A stretch of 64,000 bases of DNA, from the NCBI GenBank assembly GCA_963744195.1, contig CAVUSY010000009.1, positions 225,720-289,719 of the forward strand, read 5' to 3'. This DNA comes from an uncultured Solirubrobacterales bacterium (lineage in GTDB: Bacteria > Actinomycetota > Thermoleophilia > Solirubrobacterales > Solirubrobacteraceae). The stretch's first letter is position 1. Every line of letters starts with the position of its first letter. This document shows positions 61,490-64,000 of the stretch, piece by piece. The position numbers and the translations under genes are program-made. The notes beneath the pieces were generated by a model. It searched no databases. It was not told the DNA's origin and saw only the letters and a list, made by a program, of their open reading frames with translations.

Positions 61490-61543
61490 TCGCGGCCCGG
61501 TGAACTCGGACTACCGGCTGGGCGTGTAGGCGATCGGGGTCCA

Positions 61544-62866
61544 GTGCCGCGAGTGCTCCTCGGCGTGAGCGGCGGGATCGCTGCCTACAAGGCGCTCGAG
61601 ACCGCGCGGCTGGCGATCAAGGCCGGCCACGCCGTGCGGGCCGTGCAGACCGCAGCGAGCCAGCGATTCGTCGGTGCCGCCTCGTTTGAGGCGATCACCG
61701 GCGCGCCGGTGCTCACATCCGAATTCGATCCCGACCCGTTGCGCGGCGCCTACCCGGGTGACCCGGCGCCGGAGCGGACGGCGATCAGCCACCTGGCGCT
61801 GGTGCACCGAGCCGACGTCTACCTGATCGCTCCGGCCGGTGCCAACACGATCGCCAAGCTCGCGCACGGTCACGCCGACAACCTGCTGACGGCCGCGGCG
61901 CTGGCGGCGACCTGTCCGGTGCTGCTGGCGCCGGCGATGAACCACGACATGTTTCGCCACCCGGCCACGCAGGCGAACCTGGAGCAGCTGGCGGCGCGCG
62001 GGGTCATCGTGATCCCCCCCGGGGAGGGCGAGCTGGCCTCCCATGGCGAGCATGGAATCGGTCGCATGGCTGAGCCCGAGCAGCTGCTGGCGTCCGTGGA
62101 GTCAGTGCTGGCGTCGCGGGCGGCCGGGGCGCGGTCGTGGTCGGGCGGCGCCGATTATTGGACCGGCGTTCGCGTGCTGGTGAGCGCCGGCGGGACACGC
62201 GAGCCGATTGACAGCGTTCGCTACATCGGCAATCGCTCGTCGGGGCGGATGGGCTACGCGCTCGCCGCCCAGGCGGCGCGGCGGGGGGCCGACGTCACGC
62301 TCGTGGCGGCCAACGTGAGCCTGCCGGTCCCGGCCGGTGTGGAGGTGATCGAGGTCGCCACCGCCGCGGAGCTGGCGGCCGCCTGCCGGGCCGAATTCGA
62401 TCGCTGCGAGGTCCTGCTGATGGCTGCCGCGGTGGCCGACTTTCGACCCCGCGACCCGGCGGCGACCAAGCTCAAGAAAAGCCGGGGTGCGCCCTCCATC
62501 GAGCTCGAGCCGACCGAGGACATTCTCAGCGCGCTGGCCGCCCGCCGCCGCCCCGGTCAGGTGCTGGTCGGGTTCGCCGCCGAGCACGGCGCCGGCGCGA
62601 TCGCCTACGGTCGGGACAAGCTCGAGCGCAAGGGTCTTGACGCGATCGTGATCAACGACGTCTCCCAGCCGGGCATCGGCTTTGACTCCCGGGAGAATGA
62701 GATCACGGTCCTCACCCGCCATGGCGGTGAGCGTCATGTCGCCCGCGCGGGGAAGGATCGTGTCGCCTCGGTCGTCCTCGATGAGGTGACCCAGCTGCGA
62801 GCCGCCGGGAAGGAGAGCAATCATCGAGCCGTCCGAGCAGACCCCGTTAGCGCCCCAGGAGTTTGA
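61544..62866 (+). CDS. coaBC: Bifunctional phosphopantothenoylcysteine decarboxylase/ligase
   Basis: SGGIAAYK, APAMN, GGTREPIDSVRYIGNRSSGRMG, AAVADF, GFAAE. Confidence 0.96.
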   Translation: MPRVLLGVSGGIAAYKALETARLAIKAGHAVRAVQTAASQRFVGAASFEAITGAPVLTSEFDPDPLRGAYPGDPAPERTAISHLALVHRADVYLIAPAGANTIAKLAHGHADNLLTAAALAATCPVLLAPAMNHDMFRHPATQANLEQLAARGVIVIPPGEGELASHGEHGIGRMAEPEQLLASVESVLASRAAGARSWSGGADYWTGVRVLVSAGGTREPIDSVRYIGNRSSGRMGYALAAQAARRGADVTLVAANVSLPVPAGVEVIEVATAAELAAACRAEFDRCEVLLMAAAVADFRPRDPAATKLKKSRGAPSIELEPTEDILSALAARRRPGQVLVGFAAEHGAGAIAYGRDKLERKGLDAIVINDVSQPGIGFDSRENEITVLTRHGGERHVARAGKDRVASVVLDEVTQLRAAGKESNHRAVRADPVSAPGV

Positions 62867-63788
62867 GGCGTTCGCCGCCGTCGGGCGGGCGCTGGCGGCC
62901 AATGTCAACAAGGCGGTCCAGGTCAGGCAGGAGACGCTCCGGCACCTGATCGTGGCCCTCCTGGCTGAGGGCCACGTGCTGGTGGAGGACTATCCCGGTG
63001 TTGGCAAGACCGCGCTGGCCCGCGCGGTGGCGCGATCGATCGACTGCCAGTTCGCGCGCGTGCAGTGCACCTCTGACCTGCTGCCGGCCGACGTGGTGGG
63101 CACCAATGTGTACGACCAGCGTGAGCAGCGGTTCGAGTTCCGCCCTGGCCCGGTGTTCGCCAATGTGGTCCTGGTCGACGAGATCAACCGCGCCTCGCCG
63201 AAGACCCAATCCGGGCTGCTGGAGTGCATGCAGGAGCGGCGCGTGACGGTGGACGTGCAGACGCACGAGCTGGCCCGCCCGTTCCTGGTCCTGGCGACGC
63301 AGAACCCGATCGAGTACGAGGGCACCTATCCGCTGCCCGAGGCGCAGGTCGATCGATTCATGATCCGGATCTCGCTCGGCTATCCCGATCGCTCGGCCGA
63401 AGCGGGCATGCTGGCCGCGCACGAGACCGGAGACCAGGTGCTGGCCCTGCGGCCGGTGGCCACCGCCGCCGAGGTGCTGGCCGCCCAGGACGCCGCGGCA
63501 CGGGTCCGGGCGTCGGCGCCGCTGCGTGAGTACGTCGTGCGCTTGTTGTGGCGCACGCGTGAGGATCCCCGCGTCGACCTCGGCGCGAGCCCCCGCGCCG
63601 GCCTCATGCTGCTGCGCGCGGCGAAGGCCCACGCGATGCTCACGGGCCGTGACCATGCGCTCCCCGACGACGTGCAGGCGCTGGCCGAACCGGTGCTCGC
63701 CCATCGCCTGGTGCTTGCCCCCGAGACCCCCCGAGCGGCGGCCCGGGACGTGATCGCCGACGCCGTATCGGCCACCCGGGCGCTCTGA
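62823..63788 (+). CDS. MoxR family AAA+ ATPase
   Basis: GHVLVED.PGVGKT, DEINRASPKTQS, ATQNP.E.EGTYPLPEAQ.DRF. Start is either ATC 62823 (inferred) or GTG 62952. Confidence 0.93.
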   Translation: MEPSEQTPLAPQEFEAFAAVGRALAANVNKAVQVRQETLRHLIVALLAEGHVLVEDYPGVGKTALARAVARSIDCQFARVQCTSDLLPADVVGTNVYDQREQRFEFRPGPVFANVVLVDEINRASPKTQSGLLECMQERRVTVDVQTHELARPFLVLATQNPIEYEGTYPLPEAQVDRFMIRISLGYPDRSAEAGMLAAHETGDQVLALRPVATAAEVLAAQDAAARVRASAPLREYVVRLLWRTREDPRVDLGASPRAGLMLLRAAKAHAMLTGRDHALPDDVQALAEPVLAHRLVLAPETPRAAARDVIADAVSATRAL

Positions 63789-64000
63789 TGCGCCCACCGC
63801 AGCTGTTCGCGGGAAGAGCCGCGGCGGTGGCGGCAGCGGGCGTGGTGCTGACGCTGGTGGCGTTCCTGTTCGACGCGGCCCCGCTGTTCGTGCCCGCCAT
63901 CGCCTTCATGGTGCTCGGAGTCCTGGCGCCGGCATGGGTGTGGATCACCGCCCGCGGGGCCCGGGCCGGGCGCATCCTGCACGCCGACCGGATCGTCGAG
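63788..64000 (+). CDS. Probable DUF58 membrane protein, runs off the window end
   Basis: ATG overlaps the moxR stop; two TM segments; MoxR-DUF58 is a common gene pair. The domain itself is not visible. Confidence 0.6.
   Translation, partial: MRPPQLFAGRAAAVAAAGVVLTLVAFLFDAAPLFVPAIAFMVLGVLAPAWVWITARGARAGRILHADRIVE

Overview
High-GC actinobacterial chromosome segment. The gene set (mIHF, rpoZ-coaBC, fused SecDF, DUF2294, PyrR site, many leaderless TANNNT promoters) suggests class Thermoleophilia/Solirubrobacterales; this is inference. It is mostly core genome: split proline utilisation genes, a PAS-GAF-GGDEF-EAL protein, PMM with CDP-sugar genes, yebC, ruvCAB, secDF, recJ, rel, a SAM-I riboswitch controlling a ThrC-like gene and a ThiS/MoaD gene, msrA, a SigB/SigF stress islet (sigma, DUF2294, UdgX, DUF72, USP-like), tRNA-Arg(CCG), rnz, pyrR-pyrB-pyrC-carA-carB-pyrK-pyrD, mihF-gmk-rpoZ-coaBC and moxR-DUF58. 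More than a dozen single-base frameshifts, several in housekeeping genes, are most likely assembly errors. Most notable: (1) an orphan MOB_C-type relaxase plus type IV coupling protein (31925-34273, read as one ORF) with no integrase, T4SS or att sites; (2) perfect short palindromes sharing GATTC/GAATC stems and/or C-GCCA-G loops, lying in frame inside carA and carB; (3) a probable sulfur-carrier-dependent homocysteine route; (4) a 58-aa Pro-rich ORF missed by the ORF track, behind a SigF-like promoter; (5) a Zn-ribbon-PAS gene in the usual yajC position; (6) an apparent ATC start for moxR. No CRISPR array, transposase or integrase was found.
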